From Minisyncoccota bacterium (lineage in GTDB: Bacteria; Patescibacteriota; Minisyncoccia; Phycocordibacterales; CAIJYI01): DNA of 64,000 bases. Below are positions 9,780 through 19,873 of this stretch, piece after piece. The DNA lies in contig JALNYN010000007.1 of assembly GCA_023229825.1 (NCBI GenBank), forward strand, positions 2,596-66,595, given 5' to 3'. Every line of letters begins with the position of its first letter. Positions within the stretch are counted from its first letter, which is position 1. Both the position numbers and the translations under genes were made by a program. The notes beneath the pieces were generated by a model. That model had not been told where the DNA came from, made no database searches, and was given only the letters and a program-made list of their open reading frames with translations.

Positions 9780-10334
9780 TCACCTTGCCGCAATTAACAT
9801 GAGATGAAGATCTTCGCAGCATAGACCAACATCTATAAATTCGTAGCGAACGTGCAGTTCTCCGCTGTCGATACATTCTACCAAACGGTGCGCTCTCTTT
9901 ATCTGGCACTGAAAGTATGCAGCCTGTTCCGCAGCAAAATCTCTTTCACTATCGCGCATTTTAGGATTGTTGCTGTATTTTGCTTCAAGATAGCCTTGGG
10001 CCCAATCGCTCATACGGGCAATGTGTGCGGCAAGAAGCGATCTTTTAAAAGAGCGGACAGCTTCTTTGTCGATCGCGTGGTTGATCACTGCTTGATATCG
10101 GCTTGTCGCGTCCTCCGTGCGTTGATCCTCTCCATTGGGCAAACGGATCGGATACGCCATCTCGGAACGGGTCACGGAGACGCGCATCTTGCTTTGGACG
10201 CGTCCGTCTTCTTCAGTGATCCCTCCCGTTGGATAACATTCTTGTTCCACGACAAGAGAATGGTCGAGCAAATGCAGGGTATCTAAATTGCGTTCCAGCT
10301 GCTCCGAAATAGTTTCCGGAATGTTTGTTTTCAT
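9780..10334 (-). CDS. hypothetical protein
   Basis: The ATG at 10334 has AGGTGA upstream. The track ORF extends further to a non-RBS start. No recognised family. Acidic protein with a C-terminal Cys pair. Confidence 0.5.
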   Translation of the reverse strand: MKTNIPETISEQLERNLDTLHLLDHSLVVEQECYPTGGITEEDGRVQSKMRVSVTRSEMAYPIRLPNGEDQRTEDATSRYQAVINHAIDKEAVRSFKRSLLAAHIARMSDWAQGYLEAKYSNNPKMRDSERDFAAEQAAYFQCQIKRAHRLVECIDSGELHVRYEFIDVGLCCEDLHLMLIAAR

Positions 10335-10405
10335 GTTTTCACCTCGTTTTGTTGTTGAAATTCTGTTGCAGACTATATCATAGAAACAATTGTAAGTCAA
10401 GGTAT

Positions 10406-10665
10406 CCGTTAGTATCTCCTCACATCTATCCGTCATTCCAGCCCGCGAGCTGGAATCCACGGCGTAACGACGTGGATTCTGAATCGCACCACAAGAGTAT
10501 TTCCATTTTTATGGTCGCTTCACTCCTTCACCACAAGAGTATTTCCAATTTTATACTCCCTACGGTCGTTAAAATTTAGGTCAAAAATTAGGTCAGTTCA
10601 GAATGACGACGAACGAGTTTTAGCGATTTTTCGGTAAAACATGATGATGGTGTGAGGAATTACGT
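10406..10665. mobile_element. MITE-like intergenic element with TATCTCCTCACA terminal inverted repeats, an internal GTCATTCC unit and two 25-bp direct repeats
   Basis: Left end ccgttagtatctcctcacatc, right end ggtgtgaggaattacgtccg (inverted). Internal gtcattccagcccgcgagctggaatccacg ... cgtggattctgaatcg. Direct repeats caccacaagagtatttcca[t/a]ttttat at 10488-10512 and 10529-10553. Confidence 0.5.
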
Positions 10666-10767
10666 CCGTTATGGTTCAATAGCTTGGAAACGCTCCATCA
10701 TAAAATATCGATTTGCTTTTATTTATGCGCCGGTGTATAAATTAACTATGGTTAACTTATTTACGCG

Positions 10768-11175
10768 ATGAAAAATCAAAGCCAAGAAGATTACTTGAGA
10801 GCGATCTATCGTGAATACGAAAAAAGCGGACAGTCGCCCCATGCCGTTCTTATCGCAGATCGAATGTCGGTGTCAAAACCGGCCGTATCAAAGATGCTGA
10901 AAAAACTGTCCGAAAGAAAGCTTTTGAAAGCGCAGCCGTATTCGAAAATTTCTTTAACGGCAAAAGGGCTAAAAGCCGCTCAAAACCTCACTTACAAGCA
11001 CCGGATAATCGAAGTTTTTCTTTCAGATGTTCTTCGCGTCGATAAAGAGCGTGTACACGATGAGGCACATGTGCTTGAGCATGCCTTTTCAGATACGACC
11101 ATTAAAAAACTCGCAGCCTTTTTAAATGATCCGACCGTTTCTCCCCATGGCAGGAAAATACCGAAACCAAAATAG
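10768..11175 (+). CDS. DtxR/MntR-family metal-dependent transcriptional repressor
   Basis: EDYLRAIY N-terminal wHTH signature, 135 aa (short MntR-like form). Confidence 0.85.
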   Translation: MKNQSQEDYLRAIYREYEKSGQSPHAVLIADRMSVSKPAVSKMLKKLSERKLLKAQPYSKISLTAKGLKAAQNLTYKHRIIEVFLSDVLRVDKERVHDEAHVLEHAFSDTTIKKLAAFLNDPTVSPHGRKIPKPK

Positions 11176-11216
11176 CAGCGACGGAAAAATGATTATTATA
11201 TAATTTTATTAATTTT

Positions 11217-12047
11217 ATGTTTGCACCATTCGTACTCTCATTTCGGGAGATATTGGAGATAGGGCTGCTCTCTATCCTTATTATTACCTATCTTTCTCGC
11301 GCAGGACTGGGGCATCTGGTAAAGTATGTCTGGCACGGGATCATCGGCGGAGCTGTGATCAGCGTTATTCTGGGAGCGATCGCATGGCAAGTTTTTGGGG
11401 GACTTCCCGAGCCGTATGAAAAATTATTTGAAGCCGTCGCTTCGGTTATTGCCGCGGTTGTTCTTACCGTTGTGTTCTTTTGGCTCGCGAGGCATCGCGG
11501 CGACTTGCTGGAACAAAAGCTTCAAAAGCACGTTGATGCATTCAAAGAAAGGGAGGCCATCAGCGGAATTTTCTTTTTTGCCTTTTTGGTCGTTTTGCGC
11601 GAAGGCCTTGAGATCGTACTTTTTCTTTTTCCGTATCTGATCAAAGATCCGGCAAATACGATCTTGGGATTTTCGGCGGGTACTTTTACGGCGCTTGTTC
11701 TTTCTTTTGCCATGTATCGATACGGCACGCATATCGACGTGAATAAAATATTTTATTATTCAAGCCTCATTATCGTTCTCATCGTGGCCGGCATGCTCGG
11801 ATACGGCGTGCATGAATTCATCGAATTTCTCGCATTCAGAGGAATTGAAATAGGATGGCTCGGACAGTTCGTCTATGATCTCCATATCCCAAGCAGCAGT
11901 ATCTGGTCGCACAAAGGAATTCTCGGCGCTCCTTTCGCGATACTTTTCGGCTATTCCACAAAAATGGAATGGGCTCGTCTTCTGATCCAGATCGCCTATC
12001 TCTCCATTTTCATACCGCTCACCGTGCGGATGTACAGACAGAGATAA
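11217..12047 (+). CDS. FTR1/EfeU-family high-affinity iron permease
   Basis: Two REGLE-type motifs (REILEIG and REGLEIV) in a 7-TM protein, immediately downstream of the DtxR-family regulator. Confidence 0.8.
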   Translation: MFAPFVLSFREILEIGLLSILIITYLSRAGLGHLVKYVWHGIIGGAVISVILGAIAWQVFGGLPEPYEKLFEAVASVIAAVVLTVVFFWLARHRGDLLEQKLQKHVDAFKEREAISGIFFFAFLVVLREGLEIVLFLFPYLIKDPANTILGFSAGTFTALVLSFAMYRYGTHIDVNKIFYYSSLIIVLIVAGMLGYGVHEFIEFLAFRGIEIGWLGQFVYDLHIPSSSIWSHKGILGAPFAILFGYSTKMEWARLLIQIAYLSIFIPLTVRMYRQR

Positions 12048-12050
12048 AAT

Positions 12051-12080
12051 AAAAAAACCGTCCCAACGTGGGACGGTTTT
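12051..12080. terminator. bidirectional terminator between convergent permease and transporter genes
   Basis: aaaaaa ccgtccca-acg-tgggacgg tttt. Confidence 0.7.
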
Positions 12081-12093
12081 GAATAAAAAAGGA

Positions 12094-13311
12094 CTAGTTT
12101 TGTTTCGACCAATAGAGGGCGGTAAGCGATACGGCTGCGACTCCCCAGAGGAACATAAAGGCGGTGGTATAAATACCGGTATAGTCGAGGATCGCTCCAA
12201 AGATTATCGGCAAGAGATATCCGCCCAAACCGCCGCCGAGACCAATGGCCCCAAAAACGGCTCCGGTATTTTTTGGAAAATCGTCGGCCGCATATTTGAA
12301 GATCGAGGCATTGCCGATACCAAGCGCCAGTCCGAGAACCATAAGAACCCCGGTAAAGACCCACATGTTGATGTGAATGGGGATCACGATATCGCCGTTC
12401 AGCGTATGGAAGATAACATCCGAAGGCGGATATGAGATTATCGTAAGACAGAAGAGCGCCACCCACATAATCGAGCGTGTCACTTTGAACGCTCCATATT
12501 TATCTGCAAGCCATCCGCCGTATGCCCGTATCAGACTTCCCGGCAGAGCGAATACCATCGCCATCAGAGCGCCGTCTTGGAGAGTAAATCCGTATGCGCT
12601 CATGTAATAGGAAGGCATCCAAAGAGCGAGTGCGATAAATCCTCCGAACGTAAGCGAGTAATATTGAAAATATCTCCACGCTTTGGGATCTTTCATCACA
12701 GCAAATTGTTCCGAGATCTTTGTGTTTGTCCGGTGGCTTTCGTCCGTAAAAGTGAACAAAAGAAAAATGATCGCAACCATGAGCAGGATGACCGCATACA
12801 CTTTTGGCACCATTCTCCACCCGTAGGCAGCGATCAAGATCGGCGCCGCGAATTGCGTGAGAGCCGTCCCGACATTACCTGAACCAAAGATCCCCATGGC
12901 AAATCCTTGCCGTTCTTTCGGGAACCATTTTACTACATAGCTGATCCCGACAGCGAATGACGTTCCCACGATGCCGACGAACAGACCCAAAACAAGAAAA
13001 TGCCAGTAAGCAGAAGCCCATCCTCCGATCAAATAAAGCGGAGGCAATGCCGAGATCATGAGAAGGAAAAATACCCGCCGTCCGCCGAAGCGATCTGATA
13101 AGGCGCCGAAAAGCGGACGAAGGAATGCGCCGGTTAATATCGGCGTACCGATGAGAACGCCGAACTCGGTGTTTGAAAGTCCGAGTTCCGCTTGTATTGG
13201 TTTGCCGATGATGGAAAAAATGACCCATACGGCGAAACAGACGACAAATCCGAACGTGCTCATGGAGAGCACCAGATTTCTTTTTGTTTCATTGGAAGTG
13301 AATAGCTCCAT
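12094..13311 (-). CDS. narK: MFS transporter, nitrate/nitrite porter (NarK-like)
   Basis: The track start is TTG. The ATG at 13311 has AGGGG upstream. FGGRR, G-x-FGSGN-x-G and YGGWLADKYG motifs parallel E. coli NarK. Lies in the nar gene cluster. Confidence 0.7.
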   Translation of the reverse strand: MELFTSNETKRNLVLSMSTFGFVVCFAVWVIFSIIGKPIQAELGLSNTEFGVLIGTPILTGAFLRPLFGALSDRFGGRRVFFLLMISALPPLYLIGGWASAYWHFLVLGLFVGIVGTSFAVGISYVVKWFPKERQGFAMGIFGSGNVGTALTQFAAPILIAAYGWRMVPKVYAVILLMVAIIFLLFTFTDESHRTNTKISEQFAVMKDPKAWRYFQYYSLTFGGFIALALWMPSYYMSAYGFTLQDGALMAMVFALPGSLIRAYGGWLADKYGAFKVTRSIMWVALFCLTIISYPPSDVIFHTLNGDIVIPIHINMWVFTGVLMVLGLALGIGNASIFKYAADDFPKNTGAVFGAIGLGGGLGGYLLPIIFGAILDYTGIYTTAFMFLWGVAAVSLTALYWSKQN

Positions 13312-13467
13312 AATAAACCCCTGAAATTTCAATGTTCAAAAATAACGGATCAAAAAATTTCGATCGATACCTCAACACATGTAAACGTAAAAAACAGTTT
13401 CTGTCAATTTTTTATAAAAAAATCACCCGGCTTGCGTCGGGTGACCTCATGAAGACATCATCTTCGA

Positions 13468-13836
13468 TTAAAGAGCGTGGATCTTCTCTTTTACCTCGCC
13501 GTAGAGTCGTTCCGCGTCAGCGGGGTCGAAGTCAGTATTCTGTATTTTCTTTACGCCCATCTCGGCAAGCTTAATGTGCAGAGTCGGTTTTACGCCGTGG
13601 CGTTTCAAACAGGATTCAACGCAGACCAGCGGACAGCCGTCGATCGCTACGATCTTTCTGTCCGGTTCCGTCGCCTTTTTTACCAAAGCGGGAACATCGC
13701 CGCCAACGCCCGCGATGCATGACATTTCTGCGGTGCCGTCTTTATTCAATTGCAGAGCGAGAAAATTTGCCAGTTGCGCGGCGCTTGAACATCCGGAGCA
13801 CGAATAGACGAGCGGAGTTTCTTTTTTTGCTTTCAT
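13468..13836 (-). CDS. DGC-domain putative metal-binding protein
   Basis: 122 aa with AIDGCPLVC (DGC motif) and multiple Cys. Upstream of narK on the same strand. Confidence 0.6.
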   Translation of the reverse strand: MKAKKETPLVYSCSGCSSAAQLANFLALQLNKDGTAEMSCIAGVGGDVPALVKKATEPDRKIVAIDGCPLVCVESCLKRHGVKPTLHIKLAEMGVKKIQNTDFDPADAERLYGEVKEKIHAL

Positions 13837-13933
13837 AATAACCTCATTCTATCTTGGAAAAAACAAGAGGGATCGAAAAAATCGAGAATTATTGATCGAT
13901 CATCCATACCTAAACTAAACAAAAAAGCTCATG

Positions 13934-13955
13934 TTGTCAATAGACAGCTTGACAA
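13934..13955. promoter_or_regulatory. perfect inverted repeat TTGTCAA-N8-TTGACAA in the divergent DGC/narK to narG intergenic region (candidate operator)
   Basis: ttgtcaatagacagcttgacaa, about 165 bp upstream of the narG ATG and about 100 bp upstream of the DGC gene start. Confidence 0.4.
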
Positions 13956-14117
13956 TTTAGGTGAAATCTAACATTGTAGAAGCATATGTATATTTCGGGA
14001 ACATGACCGTAAAGAAGATGAATGGCAAAGAGCACGATTTGTTGCGAATTTTTTGTTTTGAGATATACCGCTCTTTGACATAATGAAATTGACTGCAAAA
14101 CAGAAGGAGAAAAATAG

Positions 14118-17100
14118 ATGAAGAGAACCTTAGATAAACTTTCGCGTTTGTTTGGAAAAACTTCGAACGAACACGAGGTAGTGACAGAAGAAAGCCGTGA
14201 TTGGGAAAGACTCTATCGGGATCGGCTCGGCGTTCAAAAGACCGTGCGTTCGACGCACGGGGTAAATTGCACCGGCTCATGCAGCTGGGAAATACAAGTA
14301 AAAAACGGACTGGTGATCGGAGAAGTTCAAAAAACGGATTATCCTCGGACCAGACCCGGACTTCCGAACCATGAACCGCGCGGCTGCCCTCGAGGTGCCA
14401 GCGCATCGTGGTATTTATACAGCGCGGCGCGTCTCAAACATCCTCTTGCTCGAGGCGCATTGGTACGGATATGGCGTGAGGCGAGAAAAACGCTTGACCC
14501 TGTTTCCGCATGGGCATCGATCGTTGAGGATCCCGAAAAAACAAAAAGCTATAAGACGAAACGAGGAATGGGCGGTTTTGTTCGTTTGACGTGGGACGAG
14601 GCTATGGAGATCATCGCCGCGGCCAACATTTACACGATCAAAAAATACGGACCCGACCGGGTGGTCGGATTCTCACCCATACCCGCTATGTCTATGGCAA
14701 GCTACTCCGGGGGAACGAGATATCTTTCTCTTATCGGCGGCGCGAACCTTTCATTCTATGATTGGTATTGCGATCTGCCTCCGTCTTCGCCTCAAGTCTG
14801 GGGCGAGCAAACGGATGTTCCCGAAAGCGCGGATTGGTACAATTCCAAATACATTTTGGTTTGGGGTTCGAATGTCCCGCAAACGAGAACGCCTGATGCG
14901 CACTTTCTTTCGGAATCTCGATATAACGGCACGAAGTCTGTCGTCGTTTCATCGGATTACAGCGAAGCGGTAAAATTTGCCGATCTCTGGATGCACCCGA
15001 AACAAGGACACGATGCCGCTCTTGCTATGGCAATGGGGCACGTGATCTTAAACGAGTATCACTCAAAAAACCGGAGCTTATATTTTTCCGAATACTGCAA
15101 AGCCTATACCGACATGCCGCTGCTCGTGGCGCTCGAAGAGAAAGACGGAACCTTTCAAGCCGGAAGATTCCTTCGCGCTTCAGACTTCGATCAAACCATG
15201 AAAGAAGAGAAGAGCGAGTGGAAAACGGTACTTATAAATGAACGTACCGGAAATATTGCCGTTCCGAACGGAAGCATCGGTTTTCGCTGGGACGAAAGTG
15301 GAAAGTGGAATCTTCTTTCTGAAGAGATCACGCCGCGCCTTTCGCTTCTCGGAACAGAGGACGAGACCGTGAAGGTTTCCATGCCTTATTTCGGAGGCGA
15401 CGAGAGCGAGAATATTCTCTTGCGCAGCGTTCCGGTAAAGAAATTTTTCTTAAATGGAAAAGAAGTGCTTGCCGCAACGGTGTACGATCTGCTTTTGGCC
15501 AATTACGGCGTGAGCAGAGATCCCGATGTCACAGAAGAGAGTTATAACGAAGTCGCACCGTATACGCCTGCATGGGCTGAAAAACATTGCGGCGTAAGCA
15601 AAGAGCTCATCATAAAAGTCGCGCGCGAATTCGCTGAAAACGCGGATAAAACGCTCGGCAGATCGATGATCATTCTCGGTGCGGCTATCAACCACTGGTA
15701 CCATTCCGATATGACCTATCGCGGCATTATGAATATGCTCATGATGTGCGGATGCGTCGGACAATCCGGAGGCGGATGGGCTCACTATGTGGGACAGGAA
15801 AAACTCCGACCTCAAACCGGCTGGGCGCCGCTTGCGTTTGCGACCGACTGGTCGCGTCCTCCGCGGCAGATGAACGGAACTTCATTTTTTTACACACACT
15901 CAGATCAGTGGCGTTTTGAAAAACTGAAAGTTTCGGAAATTTTGTCGCCGCTCGCGGATACATCGCTGGGCAATAGTCATTTGTATGACTGGAACACCCG
16001 TGCTATTCGCATGGGATGGCTGCCGACACTGCCGGCTTTGGACGTAAATTCGCTTGAAATTGCAAAGAAGGCGGATAGGGCGGGAATATCTCCGTCCGAA
16101 TACGTGGTATCCGGACTGAAGGATGGTACGATCCGATTCGCATGCGAAGACCCTGACAAAGAGGAAAATTATCCTCGCAACCTGTTTCTTTGGCGTTCAA
16201 ATCTTTTGGGATCGAGCGGCAAAGGACATGAATATCTTTTGAAATATTTGCTGGGAACGCAATCCGCGGTCTTGGGCAACGAATCGAAAGATATGAAACC
16301 GACCGACTCCGAATGGAGAGAGGATCCCCCTGAGGGAAAACTCGACCTGTTCGTTGTTTTGGACTTCCGAAAATCAACATCCGTTCTGTATGCCGACATC
16401 GCGCTTCCTTCCGCCACGTGGTATGAAAAAGATGATATGAACACATCGGATATGCATCCGTTCATTCATCCGCTGCAAGCCGCCGTAGATCCTCTTTTTG
16501 AATCGAAAACGGACTGGGAAATTTTCCGGAGCGTCGCGAAGAAATTTGCGGAACTCACGGAAGGAAATCTCGGAGTGGAAAAAGACGTGGTGCTTACTCC
16601 GCTGCTTCATGATTCTCCGGGGGAACTCGGACAGCCGTTCGGCGAAGTGAAGGATTGGAAAAAAGGAGAGTGTGAACCGGTTCCCGGAAAAACGATGCCG
16701 AACATTACCGTGGTCGAAAGAGACTATCCGAACACGTACAAGAAATTTACGTCGGTCGGTCCGCTTCTGTCGAAACTTGGTAACGGAGGAAAAGGAATTT
16801 CGTGGAATACGGAAAAAGAAGTCGATGGTCTTAAAGCCATAAACGGCTGTGTGGAAGAAGAAGGCGTTTCAAAAGGAATGCCGAAGATCGAAAGCGCAGT
16901 GCAAGCGTGCGAAATGATCCTCGAGTTCGCTCCGGAAACGAACGGTGCGGTCGCGGTGAGATCATGGGAAGCGCTTGAAAAGATAACCGGTCTTTCTCTC
17001 GCCGACCTCGCCAAACCGAGAGAGGCGGACAAGATACGGTTCAAAGATATCGTTGTTCAGCCGAGGAAGATCATTTCTTCTCCGATCTGGAGCGGTATCG

Positions 17101-17756
17101 AATCTGAGGAAGTATGTTATACCGCTTTCTGGACCAACGTCCACAAACGGATACCATGGCGTACGCTCACGGGTCGCCAGCAATTCTATCAAGATCACGC
17201 ATGGATGATCGCGTTCGGTGAAGGTTTCGCGGTATACAAACCGCCGATCGACACGAAAACGATCGAGTCTGTGCTGGGATTTTCCAAGAATGGAAATAAA
17301 GAAATAGTTTTGAATTGGATCACCCCGCATCAAAAATGGGGAATTCACTCGAACTTTTCCGATAACCTGAGAATGCTGACGCTCTCGCGCGGAGGTCCGA
17401 ATGCATGGATTTCCGAAGATGATGCAAAAGAGGCGGGTATCGTCGATAACGATTGGATCGAGATATGGAATGAAAACGGTACGCTCGCGGTTCGCGCGGT
17501 TTTAAGCCAGCGCGTTCCTCGGGGAATGATCCTTATGTATCACGCTCAGGAAAAGAACGTGAATATGCCGCAAGCGGAGATGAGCGGAAAACGAGGAGGG
17601 ATACACAACAGCGTCACTCGCACGGTCGTGAAGCCGACGCACATGATCGGCGGCTACGCGCAGCTTTCTTACGGTTTCAATTATTACGGAACCGTCGGAT
17701 CGAATCGCGATGAGTTCGTCATCGTGCGCAAAATGAAACAAGACGTAAAATGGTAA
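14118..17756 (+). CDS. narG: respiratory nitrate reductase alpha subunit
   Basis: 1212 aa. N-terminal HGVNCTGSCSW cluster motif. Molybdopterin oxidoreductase family. AGGAGA RBS. Confidence 0.95.
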   Translation: MKRTLDKLSRLFGKTSNEHEVVTEESRDWERLYRDRLGVQKTVRSTHGVNCTGSCSWEIQVKNGLVIGEVQKTDYPRTRPGLPNHEPRGCPRGASASWYLYSAARLKHPLARGALVRIWREARKTLDPVSAWASIVEDPEKTKSYKTKRGMGGFVRLTWDEAMEIIAAANIYTIKKYGPDRVVGFSPIPAMSMASYSGGTRYLSLIGGANLSFYDWYCDLPPSSPQVWGEQTDVPESADWYNSKYILVWGSNVPQTRTPDAHFLSESRYNGTKSVVVSSDYSEAVKFADLWMHPKQGHDAALAMAMGHVILNEYHSKNRSLYFSEYCKAYTDMPLLVALEEKDGTFQAGRFLRASDFDQTMKEEKSEWKTVLINERTGNIAVPNGSIGFRWDESGKWNLLSEEITPRLSLLGTEDETVKVSMPYFGGDESENILLRSVPVKKFFLNGKEVLAATVYDLLLANYGVSRDPDVTEESYNEVAPYTPAWAEKHCGVSKELIIKVAREFAENADKTLGRSMIILGAAINHWYHSDMTYRGIMNMLMMCGCVGQSGGGWAHYVGQEKLRPQTGWAPLAFATDWSRPPRQMNGTSFFYTHSDQWRFEKLKVSEILSPLADTSLGNSHLYDWNTRAIRMGWLPTLPALDVNSLEIAKKADRAGISPSEYVVSGLKDGTIRFACEDPDKEENYPRNLFLWRSNLLGSSGKGHEYLLKYLLGTQSAVLGNESKDMKPTDSEWREDPPEGKLDLFVVLDFRKSTSVLYADIALPSATWYEKDDMNTSDMHPFIHPLQAAVDPLFESKTDWEIFRSVAKKFAELTEGNLGVEKDVVLTPLLHDSPGELGQPFGEVKDWKKGECEPVPGKTMPNITVVERDYPNTYKKFTSVGPLLSKLGNGGKGISWNTEKEVDGLKAINGCVEEEGVSKGMPKIESAVQACEMILEFAPETNGAVAVRSWEALEKITGLSLADLAKPREADKIRFKDIVVQPRKIISSPIWSGIESEEVCYTAFWTNVHKRIPWRTLTGRQQFYQDHAWMIAFGEGFAVYKPPIDTKTIESVLGFSKNGNKEIVLNWITPHQKWGIHSNFSDNLRMLTLSRGGPNAWISEDDAKEAGIVDNDWIEIWNENGTLAVRAVLSQRVPRGMILMYHAQEKNVNMPQAEMSGKRGGIHNSVTRTVVKPTHMIGGYAQLSYGFNYYGTVGSNRDEFVIVRKMKQDVKW

Positions 17757-17811
17757 AACAAATCGCGTCCGGCGGCAGCGTCGGACGCCACTCTGAACAA
17801 AGGAGGCAACT

Positions 17812-19341
17812 ATGAAGATCAGAGCGCAAATTGCCATGGTTTTGAATCTCGACAAATGCATCGGCTGCCACACCTGTTCCGTCGTCTGCAAGAATTTGTG
17901 GACATCGCGGAAAGGCGCCGAGTACCAATGGTGGAACAATGTCGAAACGAAACCGGGCACGGGATTTCCCACGAATTGGGAAGACCAAGAAAAATTTCAA
18001 GGAGGATGGGTTCTCAACAAAGCGGGAAAACTGGAATTGAAACAAGGCGCGAAACTTAAACTTCTCGCCAATATCTTTGATAATCCGAATATGCCAAGCC
18101 TGGCGGAGGACTATTATGATCCGTTCACTTTCGATTATGATTATTTGGAAACTGCTCCGGAAGGTCTCACGACCCCGCCGACGGCGAAACCGCGGTCGGT
18201 AGTCACGGGCGAACCGATGAAAAAGATCGAAAAAGGTCCGAACTGGGAAGATGATCTCGGAGGAGAATTTGAAAAACGAGGAAAAGATAAAAACTTTGAA
18301 GGTATTCAAAAAGAGATGCATTCTTTATTTGAAACCACCTTCATGGCGTATCTGCCTCGGCTTTGCGAACATTGTCTTAATCCCTCGTGCGTCGCTTCGT
18401 GCCCAACGGGTTCGATCTACAAACGCGCGGAAGACGGCATTGTTCTCATCGATCAGGACAAATGCCGAGGCTGGCGCATGTGCGTTTCGGGGTGTCCTTA
18501 TAAAAAGATATTCTTTAACTGGGATACGAAAAAATCCGAAAAGTGCGTTTTCTGTTTTCCTCGGATCGAGGCGGGTCTTCCGACCTTGTGTTCGGAATCC
18601 TGCGTAGGACGTATTCGATATCTTGGCGTTATTCTTTATGATGCCGATCGTATCGAAGAAGCCGCCAGCGCCGCGAACGAGCAAGACCTGTACGAAGAAC
18701 AGCTGAAAATATTCCTTGATCCGCACGATGGCAACATTGCGCGCATTGCGGAAGAACAAGGCATTCCTCCGTCTTGGATCGAAGCGGCGAGAAGATCGCC
18801 CGTCTATAAAATGGCGGTCGAGTGGAAGATCGCGTTTCCTCTCCACCCCGAGTGGAGAACGATGCCCATGGTATGGTATGTACCGCCGCTTTCTCCGATC
18901 ACGTCGGCCGCGGAAAATGGGCTTATCGCAAAAAAAGGATTTTTCCCCGATATAGAATCGCTTCGAATTCCGGTGAGATATCTCGCCAATCTGTTAACGG
19001 CGGGAAGTGAGGCTCCTATTGTGCTGGCGTTGAAACGTTTGATCGCGATGCGGGAATACCGGCGCGAAAAAACGCTGAACAGCGAAGAAAAGAGCGAATT
19101 TTTGCGGGAGGCCGGACTGACGGAAAAGCAAGCCGAAGAAATGTACCGATATCTCGGTATCGCAGACTATGAAGATCGGTTCGTCATTCCGACGAGCCAT
19201 AAAGAATATGCTCTGAATGCTTTTGATGAAAAGGGCGCGTGCGGGTTCACTTCCGGAAACGGTTGTGCGCACGGCGAAACTCCTTCATTGGAAGACCTTT
19301 CGGTCCGCTTGGGTCATCGAAAGAAAAAAATGGAGATATGA
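17812..19341 (+). CDS. narH: respiratory nitrate reductase beta subunit
   Basis: 509 aa with four Cys clusters (CIGCHTCSVVC ...). AGGAGG RBS. Confidence 0.95.
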   Translation: MKIRAQIAMVLNLDKCIGCHTCSVVCKNLWTSRKGAEYQWWNNVETKPGTGFPTNWEDQEKFQGGWVLNKAGKLELKQGAKLKLLANIFDNPNMPSLAEDYYDPFTFDYDYLETAPEGLTTPPTAKPRSVVTGEPMKKIEKGPNWEDDLGGEFEKRGKDKNFEGIQKEMHSLFETTFMAYLPRLCEHCLNPSCVASCPTGSIYKRAEDGIVLIDQDKCRGWRMCVSGCPYKKIFFNWDTKKSEKCVFCFPRIEAGLPTLCSESCVGRIRYLGVILYDADRIEEAASAANEQDLYEEQLKIFLDPHDGNIARIAEEQGIPPSWIEAARRSPVYKMAVEWKIAFPLHPEWRTMPMVWYVPPLSPITSAAENGLIAKKGFFPDIESLRIPVRYLANLLTAGSEAPIVLALKRLIAMREYRREKTLNSEEKSEFLREAGLTEKQAEEMYRYLGIADYEDRFVIPTSHKEYALNAFDEKGACGFTSGNGCAHGETPSLEDLSVRLGHRKKKMEI

Positions 19342-19342
19342 A

Positions 19343-19873
19343 ATGAAAACTTATCTTATTCTCTCGCTTCTTCTCGAATATCCGAGCGCGGAATGCGTCG
19401 AAAACATCGGAGGTCTTGAAGATATCCTCCACGAAGAAGCTGATGAAAACAAAGGGGCGGCGGAAGTGCTTGCCCCGCTCTTTGAGAAATTAAAGGCGGA
19501 ACCTTTGCTTTCTCTTGAAATGCATTACACTGATACTTTTGAACAGGGAAGAGGCAATTCGCTTTTTCTCTATGAACATCTGTACGGCGAGGATGCCGCG
19601 CGAGGACTGGCGCTTTCCGATCTTCTGGAGAAGTACGCTTCGCACGATTTCGTCGCGCAAAGCGGAGAGCTGCCGGATTTTGTTCCGGACGTCTTGGAAT
19701 ATCTTTCCGTTCTTTCAAAAGAAGAAGCGGAAGAAATTCTGGGAAGGACGATACACTTGTTTGCCGTTATAAAGAATAATCTCATGAAGAGGGAAAGCGC
19801 ATACGCAGCAGTATTTGAAGTACTGGAGAGTATGTCGCCGATCGCTCCGCAACCACTGGAGGCCTTGCTATGA
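19343..19873 (+). CDS. narJ: nitrate reductase delta subunit / molybdenum cofactor assembly chaperone
   Basis: The ATG at 19343 is 1 nt after the narH stop, with GGAG upstream. TorD/NarJ-like, about 177 aa. The track ORF upstream extension is not needed. Confidence 0.8.
   Translation: MKTYLILSLLLEYPSAECVENIGGLEDILHEEADENKGAAEVLAPLFEKLKAEPLLSLEMHYTDTFEQGRGNSLFLYEHLYGEDAARGLALSDLLEKYASHDFVAQSGELPDFVPDVLEYLSVLSKEEAEEILGRTIHLFAVIKNNLMKRESAYAAVFEVLESMSPIAPQPLEALL

Noticed and set aside
10488-10553. Two 25-bp direct repeats with a 16-bp spacer as a possible mini CRISPR array
   Set aside because: Only two repeats, no cas genes, and they are embedded in a MITE-like element. This is not a CRISPR array.
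13891-13904. ttgatcgatcatcc as an FNR box upstream of narG
   Set aside because: The second half-site is CATCC rather than ATCAA at the required spacing. It was not called. The perfect TTGTCAA-N8-TTGACAA palindrome 30 bp downstream is the better candidate.
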